Shown here piece after piece: positions 9,184 to 17,871 of a stretch of DNA of 64,000 bases. The stretch comes from Nitriliruptoraceae bacterium (GTDB lineage: Bacteria > Actinomycetota > Nitriliruptoria > Nitriliruptorales > Nitriliruptoraceae): the NCBI GenBank assembly GCA_047921175.1, contig JBLRWQ010000003.1, positions 4,534 to 68,533 of the forward strand. The letters are read 5' to 3'. How positions within the stretch are numbered: position 1 is the first letter of the stretch; the number at the start of each line of letters is the position of its first letter. Under the pieces are notes generated by a model. That model was not told the DNA's origin, made no database searches, and saw only the letters and a program-made list of their open reading frames with translations. Both the position numbers and the translations under genes were made by a program.

Positions 9184-9909
9184 TCACCAGCGGCCGGTCC
9201 CAGCAGCCAGGACCGCCAGGCCGGCGGCCCCGGCGTGCTCGGTCCGGAGCACGCTGGGGCCGAGCCCGACGGCCAGCGCCCCCGCGGCGACCGCGTCGGC
9301 CACCTCGGTGTCGCTGAAGCCGCCCTCCGGACCCACCGCCAGCACGATCGTGCGGGCATCCAGCACCGCCTCCGCCACGCTCGGCAGGGCCGGGGCCCCG
9401 GGATGGGCGAGCAGCAGCAGCTCGTCGTCGCGCCCCAGGCGATCCAGGGGCAGGGGCCCGCGGACCGGCGGCCGGTCGGGCCGCCGGGCCTGCTCGCAGG
9501 CGGCCCGGACCACCGCGGTCCAGCGGGCCCCGGCGCGCTCGGCCCGGGACGGCTCCACGCGGGTCACGCAGCGCTCGGCGTGCAGGACCCGGATCTCGTC
9601 CACGCCCAGCTCCACCGCCTGGCGCAGCACCTCGTCGAGCTTCCGCCCCTTCGGCACGGCCTGGGCGAGGACCAGCCGGGGCCGGCGTGGCGGGCGCTCC
9701 CTCGCCGCAGCGGTCAGGCGGAGTCCGTCACGCGTGACCACCGCCGGGGCGTGACGACCGGCACCGTCGGCCACAACGACCGCAGCCCCGTCCCGCAGCC
9801 GCAGCACCCGTTGCAGGTGGTGGCGGGTCTCGGCCGGCAGCGGGAGCTCCACCTCGACAGCCGCACCGTCGAGGGCCACGTCGAGGTGGAGGTACGGGGT
9901 CAGGCTCAC
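9184..9909 (-). CDS. rsmE: 16S rRNA (uracil1498-N3)-methyltransferase RsmE
   Basis: 241 aa. The C-terminal SPOUT-like motif is VGPEGGFSDTEV...LGPSVLRTEHAG. It follows dnaJ, as in other actinobacterial hrcA-dnaJ-rsmE operons. The GTG start forms a GTGA overlap with the dnaJ stop. Confidence 0.85.
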   Translation of the reverse strand: MSLTPYLHLDVALDGAAVEVELPLPAETRHHLQRVLRLRDGAAVVVADGAGRHAPAVVTRDGLRLTAAARERPPRRPRLVLAQAVPKGRKLDEVLRQAVELGVDEIRVLHAERCVTRVEPSRAERAGARWTAVVRAACEQARRPDRPPVRGPLPLDRLGRDDELLLLAHPGAPALPSVAEAVLDARTIVLAVGPEGGFSDTEVADAVAAGALAVGLGPSVLRTEHAGAAGLAVLAAGTGRW

Positions 9910-11030
9910 CGCTGGAAGGCGCCCCGCAGGCGCGTGAAGCGACCGCGCGAGCGGTTCGCGAGCTCCTCACCCCGCGCCGCGGCGAGCTGCTCGAGCAGGT
10001 CACGCTGGAGCGCGTCGAGCCCGGTCGGGACCTCCACCCGCACGACGAGGTGGAGGTCGCCACGCCGGCCGCCACCGCGCACGGGCAGCCCGGCCCGGCG
10101 CACCGTCAGCACGTCGCCCGGCTGCGTCCCGGCGGGCACGGGCACCTCGACGTCCTCACCGTCCAGGGTCGGCACGGTCAGCGTCCCGCCGAGCGCGGCC
10201 TGGGTCACCGGCACGCTGACCTCGGCGGCGAGATCGCGACCGTCACGCTCGAACAGCTCGTGCGGCGCGACACGGACCTGGACGTACAGGTCACCGGCCG
10301 GGGCCCCGTTGCGTCCGGCCTCGCCCTCGCCCCGGACCGGGATGCGGTCGCCGTCCTCGAGCCCGGCCGGGACGTCCACGCGCAGCGTCCGCCGCGTGGC
10401 GCGGCGCCCCTCCCCGCGACAGTCCGGGCAGGGATCGCCGACCGTACGCCCGGTCCCCTGGCAGGCCCCACACGGTGCCGCGGTCGCCAGCTGGCCGAAG
10501 GCGGTCCGCACCACCCGTTGGACCTGCCCCGCCCCGCCGCAGGTGCTACAGGCGGTCGGGCCGGCCCCGTCACGCGAACCGCTCCCGTCGCAGGTCTCGC
10601 AGGCCCGGGGCACGTCCACCTCGACGTCTCTGGCGACGCCGGTGACGACCTCCTCCAGCGTGAGGTCGACCACGACGAGCACGTCGCGACCGGGCTGTTG
10701 CCGCCGGGTGCGCCCGGCGCCGCCGCGGAACCCGGCGGACTGACCGAAGAAGGCGTCGATCACGTCGTCGATCCCGCCGAACCCGGCGGCACCGAAGCCG
10801 AAGGGATCCTGGGTGCGGCCGTTGGTGGTGCCGTCGTCCCCGAAGCGGTCGTAGCGGGCCCGCTTGGTGGGGTCGGACAGCACCTGGTAGGCGTGGGTGA
10901 CGGCCTTGAAGGCCTCCTCGTCGCCGCCGGCATCGGGGTGGTGCTCCCGGGCCTTGCGGCGGTAGGCACGCTTCACCTGGTCCGCGTCGGCGTCGCGCGG
11001 CAGGTCGAGGAGTTCGTACAGATCAGACAC
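9906..11030 (-). CDS. dnaJ: molecular chaperone DnaJ
   Basis: J-domain with an HPD motif (REHHPDAGGD), a G/F-rich linker, and four CxxCxG zinc-finger repeats (CETCDGSG, CSTCGGAG, CGACQGTG, CPDCRGEG). Confidence 0.95.
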   Translation of the reverse strand: MSDLYELLDLPRDADADQVKRAYRRKAREHHPDAGGDEEAFKAVTHAYQVLSDPTKRARYDRFGDDGTTNGRTQDPFGFGAAGFGGIDDVIDAFFGQSAGFRGGAGRTRRQQPGRDVLVVVDLTLEEVVTGVARDVEVDVPRACETCDGSGSRDGAGPTACSTCGGAGQVQRVVRTAFGQLATAAPCGACQGTGRTVGDPCPDCRGEGRRATRRTLRVDVPAGLEDGDRIPVRGEGEAGRNGAPAGDLYVQVRVAPHELFERDGRDLAAEVSVPVTQAALGGTLTVPTLDGEDVEVPVPAGTQPGDVLTVRRAGLPVRGGGRRGDLHLVVRVEVPTGLDALQRDLLEQLAAARGEELANRSRGRFTRLRGAFQR

Positions 11031-11078
11031 GGTGCCTCACTGCGGTAGGTCGGTGGCTCTTCAGGTCTCTCGGCAGCC

Positions 11079-12227
11079 TCAGCCGGACAGGTCGCTGAGC
11101 GTCGCCTGGAGTTGATCGGCGACGGCACGGACGGTTGCCAGCACGGCCGCGTAGTCCATGCGGGTCGGGCCGAGCACCCCGAGGGAGCCGGCGGTCACGA
11201 GCTGGTAGCGCTGCGCCACCAGGGAGGCGGCGCGGAGGTCCTCGACCTCGTTCTCCTCGCCGATCCTGACGGTCGGTCGGTCGTCGGCGGTGGCATCGGC
11301 CAGCAACCTCGCCAGGGTGGCGCGCTCCTCGAGCAGCTGCAACAGACGCGACAGGTTCTGGCGCTCGAAGGCCGCCTCGCCTGCCAGCGAGGCCTGCCCC
11401 CCGACGAACACGTGGTGCAGCGTGTCCTCGGCCAGCTCGCGGGCCGTGGCGTCCGCGACGGCCCGCAGCACCTCGCGCAGGTCGCTGGGCGCCTCGTCCA
11501 CCAGCCGGGTGAGCGTGTCGTGGACCTCCCCCAGGCGCCGTCCGCGCACATGCTCCGCGAGGACGACACGGACGCGGTCGAGGTCCGCCTCGGTCACCTC
11601 CGGGGGCAGCTCCACGGGCCGCTTCTCGACCCGACCGGTGTCGGCGACGAGCAGCAGCAGGGCCGCGCCGGGAGTGAGGGCCACGAGTTCGCACAGCTTG
11701 AGCCGGGCGGCATCGACCGCCGGGGCGATCACGAGCGAGACCAGCCGCGTCAGCTGACTGAGGACGGTCGAGGTCCGCGCCAGCAGGTCCTCGACGTCGT
11801 TGGCGCCACCGAGGAGCTCCTGCACGAGCTCCCGGCGCGGCCCATCGAGATCGGGATCGGCGCGCAGGTCGTCGACGAAGCGCCGGTAGCCCTTGTCGGT
11901 CGGGACCCGTCCCGCCGAGGTGTGCGGCTGGTGGATGTAGCCCAGCGACTCCAAGGCGGCCATGTCGTTGCGGACGGTCGCAGCCGAGACGTCCAGGCGG
12001 GCCACGTCCACGACCCGCTTGGAGCCGACCGGCTCACCGTGGGAGACGTACTCGGTCACGATGGCACGCAGGATCGAGCGCTTGCGCTCGTCGAGCTCCT
12101 CCGGGTCCGGGCGCGGCGGTGCGTCCGCGCCGCCGACCACAGCGGCCAGCTCGACCTCGAGGTGGAGGGCGGCGCCGTCGGCGACGGCGGCACGGATCGC
12201 CGACGGCGGCGGTGGGGTCACGGCCAT
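11079..12227 (-). CDS. hrcA: heat-inducible transcription repressor HrcA
   Basis: LDERKRSILRAIVTEYVSHGEPVGSKRV winged-helix N-terminus, plus conserved central and C-terminal regions. The start ATG at 12225-12227 is preceded by GAGGAGG with a 6-nt spacer and lies 45 nt downstream of a CIRCE-like operator. A slightly shorter start cannot be excluded. Confidence 0.88.
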   Translation of the reverse strand: MAVTPPPPSAIRAAVADGAALHLEVELAAVVGGADAPPRPDPEELDERKRSILRAIVTEYVSHGEPVGSKRVVDVARLDVSAATVRNDMAALESLGYIHQPHTSAGRVPTDKGYRRFVDDLRADPDLDGPRRELVQELLGGANDVEDLLARTSTVLSQLTRLVSLVIAPAVDAARLKLCELVALTPGAALLLLVADTGRVEKRPVELPPEVTEADLDRVRVVLAEHVRGRRLGEVHDTLTRLVDEAPSDLREVLRAVADATARELAEDTLHHVFVGGQASLAGEAAFERQNLSRLLQLLEERATLARLLADATADDRPTVRIGEENEVEDLRAASLVAQRYQLVTAGSLGVLGPTRMDYAAVLATVRAVADQLQATLSDLSG

Positions 12228-12271
12228 GGCGCACCTCCTCGCGGTCGACGGGACCCCGGCAGGGTACCGCG

Positions 12272-12298
12272 CTGGCACTCTCGGACCACGGGTGCCAG
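12272..12298 (-). promoter_or_regulatory. CIRCE-like HrcA operator
   Basis: CTGGCACTC-N9-GGGTGCCAG. This is a 9-nt inverted repeat with one mismatch and a 9-nt spacer. Compare the consensus TTAGCACTC-N9-GAGTGCTAA. It lies immediately upstream of hrcA. Confidence 0.7.
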
Positions 12299-12419
12299 CC
12301 TGGTGGCCCGGCCACCCGGCCGGTGCGTGGCCTGTGCGCGCTGCCGGCAGCACCTAGGGTGGACGCAACGAGCGGCGGGCCCGACCCGCCGACCAGCGGC
12401 AGCGCGAGGAGCGTGCATC

Positions 12420-12842
12420 GTGTCCAGCACCACCCCGACCGGCCCGGATGGTGCCGCGACCCCCGACGACCGTGAGGTCTCCGAGGTCGTGGCGTCCCTG
12501 CTCGTCAACGGGCAGGGGCTGCTCAAGACCGAGCTCGAGCTGGCCAAGCTCGAGGTCAAGCGCATCATCAAGGAGAAGGCGATCGCCATCGCGCTGGCGG
12601 CCGCCGGCGCGCTGCTCGGCCTCTACATCCTGGCGTTCGTCGGCGTCACCGCGGCGAACGCCCTGATGCTCGTGGTCGCCCCGTGGCTGGCCTGGCTGCT
12701 GGTGACGGCCCTGTACCTGCTCGTGGCGGTGATCCTGCTGCTGGTGGCCGTGCGGCTGTTCAAGCGGCCGGTCGTGCCGGAGCGGACGAAGGCGGAGCTG
12801 GAGAAGACCAAGACGTGGGCGAGCGAGCAGGTGCAGCGATGA
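12420..12842 (+). CDS. small two-TM membrane protein, holin-X / phage-holin-3_6-like
   Basis: GTG at 12420 is preceded by GAGGAG. The translation LLKTELELAKLEVKRIIKEKAIAIALAAAGALLGLYILAFVGV...LLVTALYLLVAVILLLVAV has two hydrophobic helices. The upstream part of the 576-aa track ORF is antisense to hrcA and was rejected. Confidence 0.7.
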   Translation: MSSTTPTGPDGAATPDDREVSEVVASLLVNGQGLLKTELELAKLEVKRIIKEKAIAIALAAAGALLGLYILAFVGVTAANALMLVVAPWLAWLLVTALYLLVAVILLLVAVRLFKRPVVPERTKAELEKTKTWASEQVQR

Positions 12843-13408
12843 GCACGGACGACACCACCGCCGCGAGCGGGTTCAAGGCCGAGGTCGAGCAGCGCGTCGA
12901 CGCCGCGAAGGCGAGCGTCGAGCGGGCGAAGCGCACCGTGGAGGAGGTCAAGGAGGAGGTCAGCACGGCGGTGGATGACCGCCGTGGCGGTCCGGCGACC
13001 TCCGTCGAGGACGCGCAGGCCAAGGCCGAGCAGCTGCGGGCCGGCATCGCACGTGATCTGGCCGCGCTGCAGGCCCGCGTGCCGGATCGCGAGGCGGTGA
13101 CGGGCCAGGTCCGGCAGACCGCTGCCGTCGCCGGAGGCGTGGCGGCCGGTGTCGCCGGTCTGGCCTTCGTGCTCGGCCGGCGACGGTCGCGTCGGGCCGA
13201 GGAGAAGCAGCTGCGGCGGCAGGCGGAGGTGCTCGCCGACGTCCTGGCACGCGCCGAGGAGGTCGCCGAGGCCGACGACGACCGCAGCTGGACCTGGCTC
13301 GCCCTGCTGGTCGGCGCGGCCGCCGCCGGCACGGGCGCGGTGCTGTGGCAGCGCCACCGGCAGGACGACCTCGACGTCGAGGACCTCTGGGGTCCTGAGC
13401 CGGCCTGA
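12839..13408 (+). CDS. coiled-coil membrane-anchored protein (DUF3618-like by recollection)
   Basis: The ATG at 12839 forms an ATGA overlap with the preceding stop. The N-terminal half is charged and helical. Hydrophobic segments are [19 protein letters not shown] and WLALLVGAAAAGTGAVLW. Confidence 0.65.
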   Translation: MSTDDTTAASGFKAEVEQRVDAAKASVERAKRTVEEVKEEVSTAVDDRRGGPATSVEDAQAKAEQLRAGIARDLAALQARVPDREAVTGQVRQTAAVAGGVAAGVAGLAFVLGRRRSRRAEEKQLRRQAEVLADVLARAEEVAEADDDRSWTWLALLVGAAAAGTGAVLWQRHRQDDLDVEDLWGPEPA

Positions 13409-13435
13409 GCACCCCCTCGGCCGGGAGCCGATCCG

Positions 13436-14494
13436 GTGTCGATGACCCGTGAACTGGTGGTCGTCGGCGACGGTGCCCATCACCTCCACGACCCGCCCTA
13501 CGAGCTCAACGCCGGGCAGCGGGTCAGCCCCGTCCACGAACGCCCCGCACGCGTCGAGGTGATCGCGGGCGCGGTCCGTGCGGCCGGGATCGCCGAGCTG
13601 CCGGCGCTCCCCCACGACGACCGGGTGATCACCGCGGTCCACGACCCGGGCATGGTCGCCTTCCTGCGTGACGGGCACGCCGCCTGGGTCGACGCCGGGG
13701 GGCCACCGGTGCTGATACCGGACACCTTCCGCTCGCCCCGGTGGGCCCGTGGCGGCCGACCGACGGCCTCCCCGCTCGGCCGCGCCGGCTGGTACGTGAC
13801 CGACACCGCCACCCCGATCGTGGCGGGGTCGTGGGCGGCGGCCCGGGCCGGCGTCGATGTGACGTGCACCGCGGTCGACGCGGTGCTCGCCGGCCACCGA
13901 GCCGCCTACGCCCTGACCCGCCCACCCGGGCACCATGCCGGCCCCGACTACCTCGGTGGCTTCTGCCTGCTCAACAACGCCGCGATCGCGGCCACCCGGC
14001 TGCGGGCCGCGGGCCGGGTCGCCATCCTCGACGTCGACGTGCACCACGGCAACGGGACCCAGGACGTGTTCTGGACCGACCCCGAGGTCCTCTACGTCTC
14101 GGTCCACACCGATCCCGACCACCAGTACCCCTTCTTCTCCGGGACGGCCGCCGAGCTCGGGGCGGAGGCGGGGCACGGGACGACCCGGAACCTCCCGCTC
14201 GCACCGGGCACGACCGACGCGGGCGTGCTGCACGCGGTGGAGGTCGCCTGCGAGCTCACGGCCGCCTTCGATCCCGCCACGATCGTGGTCTCGCTGGGGC
14301 TGGATGCCGCCGCGGCCGACCCGCTCGGGGCGCTGGAGCTGTCACCGGCGGGCTTCGGAGCGCTCGGCCGGCTCCTCGCGGCGCTGGAGAGGCCCACGGT
14401 GCTGGTCCAGGAGGGGGGCTACGCGCTGGCGCACCTCGGGACCTTCGCGGTGGACGTCCTCACGGCCTTCCGCCGTCCGGCCGCGCCCCGCTGA
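13436..14494 (+). CDS. histone deacetylase-family amidohydrolase (acetoin utilization / acetylpolyamine deacetylase-like)
   Basis: Motifs RPPGHHA, FCLLNNAA, LDVDVHHGNGTQ and GLDAAAADPLG, plus EGGY near the C-terminus. Confidence 0.88.
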   Translation: MSMTRELVVVGDGAHHLHDPPYELNAGQRVSPVHERPARVEVIAGAVRAAGIAELPALPHDDRVITAVHDPGMVAFLRDGHAAWVDAGGPPVLIPDTFRSPRWARGGRPTASPLGRAGWYVTDTATPIVAGSWAAARAGVDVTCTAVDAVLAGHRAAYALTRPPGHHAGPDYLGGFCLLNNAAIAATRLRAAGRVAILDVDVHHGNGTQDVFWTDPEVLYVSVHTDPDHQYPFFSGTAAELGAEAGHGTTRNLPLAPGTTDAGVLHAVEVACELTAAFDPATIVVSLGLDAAAADPLGALELSPAGFGALGRLLAALERPTVLVQEGGYALAHLGTFAVDVLTAFRRPAAPR

Positions 14495-14509
14495 CGGGAC
14501 CGTTCCACC

Positions 14510-15391
14510 TCAGGCGCTGGCCAGCCGGGCGACCACGCCGGGGACGATCCCGGCGCCCAGGATGCGCTCGACCAGCGGCTCGAGGGCGGCGACCAGCGTC
14601 TCGGTCCGGTCGCGACCGAAGGCCGACCAGCCCGGCACGGTGAGCTCGTCGGTGCGCTGCTCGAGCCGCGCCCGCAGGCCGGCCCCGTCCCGGGTGAGCT
14701 CCCCGTCCGGTCGGAGCAACCCCCGGTCGACGAGCCGCGCCGCGGCGGCATCCCATCCGGCATCGGTGATGCCCCGGGTCGCGCCCAGGACCGCCCGCAG
14801 CTTCGGCGTGTCCCCGCGGGTCGTCAGGTGGGCCTCCACCCCGTCGAGCTGGGCGTCGACGAGCAGGGCGACGTGGCCGTCACCCCGGGACTCCCGGATC
14901 CTGGTGGCGGCCTGCCACAGCACCAGCGCGGGGTCGTCCGCCCACGGCACGCTCGACCAGGCCGCCGCGAGCGGCCGACCGAGGGTCGGCTGCAGCAGCG
15001 CGGCCTCACGCGCCAGCTCCGCCGCACGGTCGAGCCCGTCGGTCCCGGCCAGCAGCTCGCCCAGCACCGTGCGCAGCGCCGCACCGGTGGTCTCGAGGAC
15101 CTGCTCGGGGCTGGCGACTCGCCACGCACCCGGCAGGGCGTGGGCGACCATGCGTGGGGCGAAGCCATGGAACGCGGCGGTCACGAGCTCGGGTCCCACG
15201 GGGCCGAACGGCGCGCTGCGCGCGGCCACGTAGCCGACCCCACGGTCCGGCAGGCCCAGCTCGGCATGGGCCGCATGCACCTGCGGAGCGACGTAGGCCA
15301 GCACGTGTACCGCCTCGAGCCGACCCCAGACCCGCCGGGCGAGCGTACGGGAGACCGTCCCGGATCGTGGTGTGCCGTCGGACTGGAGCAT
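14510..15391 (-). CDS. conserved hypothetical protein (SCO6745-like by recollection)
   Basis: 293 codons from the ATG at 15389-15391 (MLQSDG...). Codon bias is good. The longer track start at 15601 adds an R/S-rich extension that overlaps the neighbouring divergent gene. Confidence 0.6.
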   Translation of the reverse strand: MLQSDGTPRSGTVSRTLARRVWGRLEAVHVLAYVAPQVHAAHAELGLPDRGVGYVAARSAPFGPVGPELVTAAFHGFAPRMVAHALPGAWRVASPEQVLETTGAALRTVLGELLAGTDGLDRAAELAREAALLQPTLGRPLAAAWSSVPWADDPALVLWQAATRIRESRGDGHVALLVDAQLDGVEAHLTTRGDTPKLRAVLGATRGITDAGWDAAAARLVDRGLLRPDGELTRDGAGLRARLEQRTDELTVPGWSAFGRDRTETLVAALEPLVERILGAGIVPGVVARLASA

Positions 15392-15524
15392 CGCGGATCC
15401 TCGTGACGGGGCCGGCGGCACGCTAGCGCGGCAGCCTGCACCCCGGACGACGGCCGGCCGGCCCTCACCTACCCTGCGGGCCGCCGATGGTGCCCCCGCA
15501 CCCGCCGTCGGCGTCGAGGGACGT

Positions 15525-16259
15525 GTGTCGGAGCGACTGACCCGCGAGCAGGCCGCCGTCCTGCTCGAGGTGACGTTGCCCTGCCAGCCGGGGCAGCTCA
15601 AACGCGCCTACCGCAGGCTGGCCCGGCAGCACCACCCCGACCGCGGCGGTGACGCCCGACGCTTCCACGAGCTGCAGGCGGCCTATCAGCGGCTCGCGGC
15701 CGAGGATCCCGCCGCACCGTCGCTGCGTCCCGGCCGCCCGTCGCGCACGGCGCGGACCGCACCGAGCACCCCGAGCCGGCTCGAGACCGACACGATCCAC
15801 ACGGACCTCGAGGTCCCGCAGCACCCCGTCCGACTGTCGACGGACCTGTTCGCCAGCGCGCTCGCGCGCACCCACCCCGGTGCGGTCCATCCCGTGCGGG
15901 CCTCCAGCCGTGCACCCGGCGCGGTGCTGAACCGGCTGGCCGGTGTGCTCGCGCCGGATCTCACCTCCCACCTGTCGGTGACCGCCGCCGACGACGACCG
16001 TGGTGTGGAGGTGGTCACCATCGAGGTGCTGGCCGGCACCCGTCGCGCACGCCGGGTGCTGGATACGGCGGACCTCGACGGCCTGTGGATCCGGCGCCGA
16101 CGTAGCACGTCGACGACCCTCAGCGCCCGGCTCGCACCGAGTGGCAGCCGCCACCGCACCGCGGCGACCACCGCCGCCCAGCTCAACCGCCTGCTGCGCG
16201 GCATCGCGTGGCCGCTCGAGGAGTGGACCCTCACCGTCGACGGCGGCGGCAGCACCTGA
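15525..16259 (+). CDS. J-domain-containing protein with an uncharacterised C-terminal region
   Basis: GTG at 15525 is preceded by GAGGGA. LKRAYRRLARQHHPDRGGDARRFHELQAAYQRL is a J-domain helix II-HPD-helix III segment. There is no G/F region and no zinc finger. Confidence 0.65.
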   Translation: MSERLTREQAAVLLEVTLPCQPGQLKRAYRRLARQHHPDRGGDARRFHELQAAYQRLAAEDPAAPSLRPGRPSRTARTAPSTPSRLETDTIHTDLEVPQHPVRLSTDLFASALARTHPGAVHPVRASSRAPGAVLNRLAGVLAPDLTSHLSVTAADDDRGVEVVTIEVLAGTRRARRVLDTADLDGLWIRRRRSTSTTLSARLAPSGSRHRTAATTAAQLNRLLRGIAWPLEEWTLTVDGGGST

Positions 16260-16277
16260 CCAGCCCTGCTGCCCCGC

Positions 16278-16991
16278 TCAGCACGGGTCCGGGGCGTCGA
16301 AGCCCTGGGTCTCCAGGCGCTCCAGCAAGGTCGCCACCGGCACGGCCAACCCGATGCCGGCATCCACCTCGACGGCGAACATCACCCCCACGACGCGGCC
16401 CTCACGGTCGACCAGCGGCCCGCCGGAGGACCCCTGGGTGATCTCCACCTCGACGCGGATCACCTCGGCCGGCTCCCCGAGGACGGTGCCGTCGACCGTA
16501 CCGATGACGCGACCCGGGGCGACGGTGGCCGGGCCACCACCCGGGTAGCCGACCGCGAGCACCTCCTCGCCACGGCTCACCGGCTCGGTGCGCAGCTCCG
16601 CGACCGGCAGGGAGCCGGCGGCGTCGAGCCGTAGGAGCGCCAGGTCGGTGTCCCGGGCCAGTCCGACCACCTCGGCCGGCAAGGACCGGCCGTCCCAGGT
16701 GCTGATCGTGACCTCCCGCGGTTGCTCGATCACATGCCGGTTGGTGACGACCACGCCATCGGGCAGCACGAACCCGGAGCCGAGCCCGAACTGCTCGCAC
16801 CCGAGCGAGCGCACCCGGACGGTCATCTCCAGCACCCGTCGCTCGACCGTCTCGGCCGCGGGATCGGGCACCGCCTCGACGGGGCCGGATACCGGCTCCG
16901 GCTCGACCAGGTCGTCCACCGGCGGCTCGACGCACGCCCCGACGACCGCGACCGCGAGGAGCAGGGCGAGGACGCGACGACCCTCCCTCAC
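16278..16991 (-). CDS. trypsin-like (S1C-like) serine protease, probable lipoprotein
   Basis: Lipobox-like LAVAVVGAC near the N-terminus. Catalytic-triad contexts are TNRHV (His), DLALL (Asp) and GSSGGP (Ser). Confidence 0.82.
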   Translation of the reverse strand: MREGRRVLALLLAVAVVGACVEPPVDDLVEPEPVSGPVEAVPDPAAETVERRVLEMTVRVRSLGCEQFGLGSGFVLPDGVVVTNRHVIEQPREVTISTWDGRSLPAEVVGLARDTDLALLRLDAAGSLPVAELRTEPVSRGEEVLAVGYPGGGPATVAPGRVIGTVDGTVLGEPAEVIRVEVEITQGSSGGPLVDREGRVVGVMFAVEVDAGIGLAVPVATLLERLETQGFDAPDPC

Positions 16992-17749
16992 GAGCGCCGC
17001 AACTGCTCGGCCGCAGCCTGGGCGCTCGCCGCCGCGCCGCGTGCCTCGTTGCAGAACCGGGTCACCTCGCCGGCCCGGGCGTTCAGCGCGTCGATGTCGA
17101 CGCTCTGCCCCAGGTTCGCCCGGTTGAAGGCCTCGACGGAGGCGGTCTGGAGCTCGAAGAGCTGGGTGACGCAGGTGTCGAGGGACGCGGTGGCATCCAC
17201 GATCAGGTCCGACAGCTCGATGAAGACGTCGCGTTCGACCTGCACGGTGGTGGCCGTGTCCTCGGCTCGGGCCTTCTCCTCGGCCAGCTCCAGGACCCGC
17301 GCCTCCAGCTCGGCGACGTCGCGTTCGGAGGTCTGCAGGGCAGCCAGCGCCTCGTCGAGCTGCCCGCTCAGGCTGGTCCGCTCCGCGTCGAGCACGTCAC
17401 GCTGCTCCTCGAGCCGCTCCGCGCGGTCGCGCCAATCGCTGGCGACATCACGCTGGTCGGAGGCCACGAAGCCCAGGGCGACCCCGCCCCCGGCGACCAG
17501 CAGCAGGACGAGCGCGAGCAGCCAGGTGGCGGTCCGACGAGCGCGGGGGGCGGCATCGGGGCCGGTCGCGGCTGCGTCACCGCTACCCGACGGCCGCACG
17601 GGTGTGGAGGCCGGAGGTGGACCGGCGGGTGGGTGCGAGGACGGGGGGCGGGGTGGGAGGTCGGACAACGCGGGCTCGGGGAGGGTCGACGGCGGTGGAC
17701 GACGATGGTGCCACCTCCCCGCAGCAGCCCCGACCGCATCGGTCACCAC
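16988..17749 (-). CDS. membrane-anchored coiled-coil protein, unknown function
   Basis: P-rich N-terminus, one TM helix (WLLALVLLLVAGGGVALGFV), then heptad-like charged helices. Its stop overlaps the protease start by 4 nt. The start is uncertain. Confidence 0.55.
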   Translation of the reverse strand: MVTDAVGAAAGRWHHRRPPPSTLPEPALSDLPPRPPSSHPPAGPPPASTPVRPSGSGDAAATGPDAAPRARRTATWLLALVLLLVAGGGVALGFVASDQRDVASDWRDRAERLEEQRDVLDAERTSLSGQLDEALAALQTSERDVAELEARVLELAEEKARAEDTATTVQVERDVFIELSDLIVDATASLDTCVTQLFELQTASVEAFNRANLGQSVDIDALNARAGEVTRFCNEARGAAASAQAAAEQLRRS

Positions 17750-17871
17750 CGTGCGGACGACCCCTCCCGCAGCGCCCCGGCACGGCCTCCACCGCCGCGT
17801 CGCACCGATGGGGCAGGCTACCCCTGCCAGCCGCCCCCACGGTCCCCGAGCAGCCCCCTGGAGGAGCCCTC

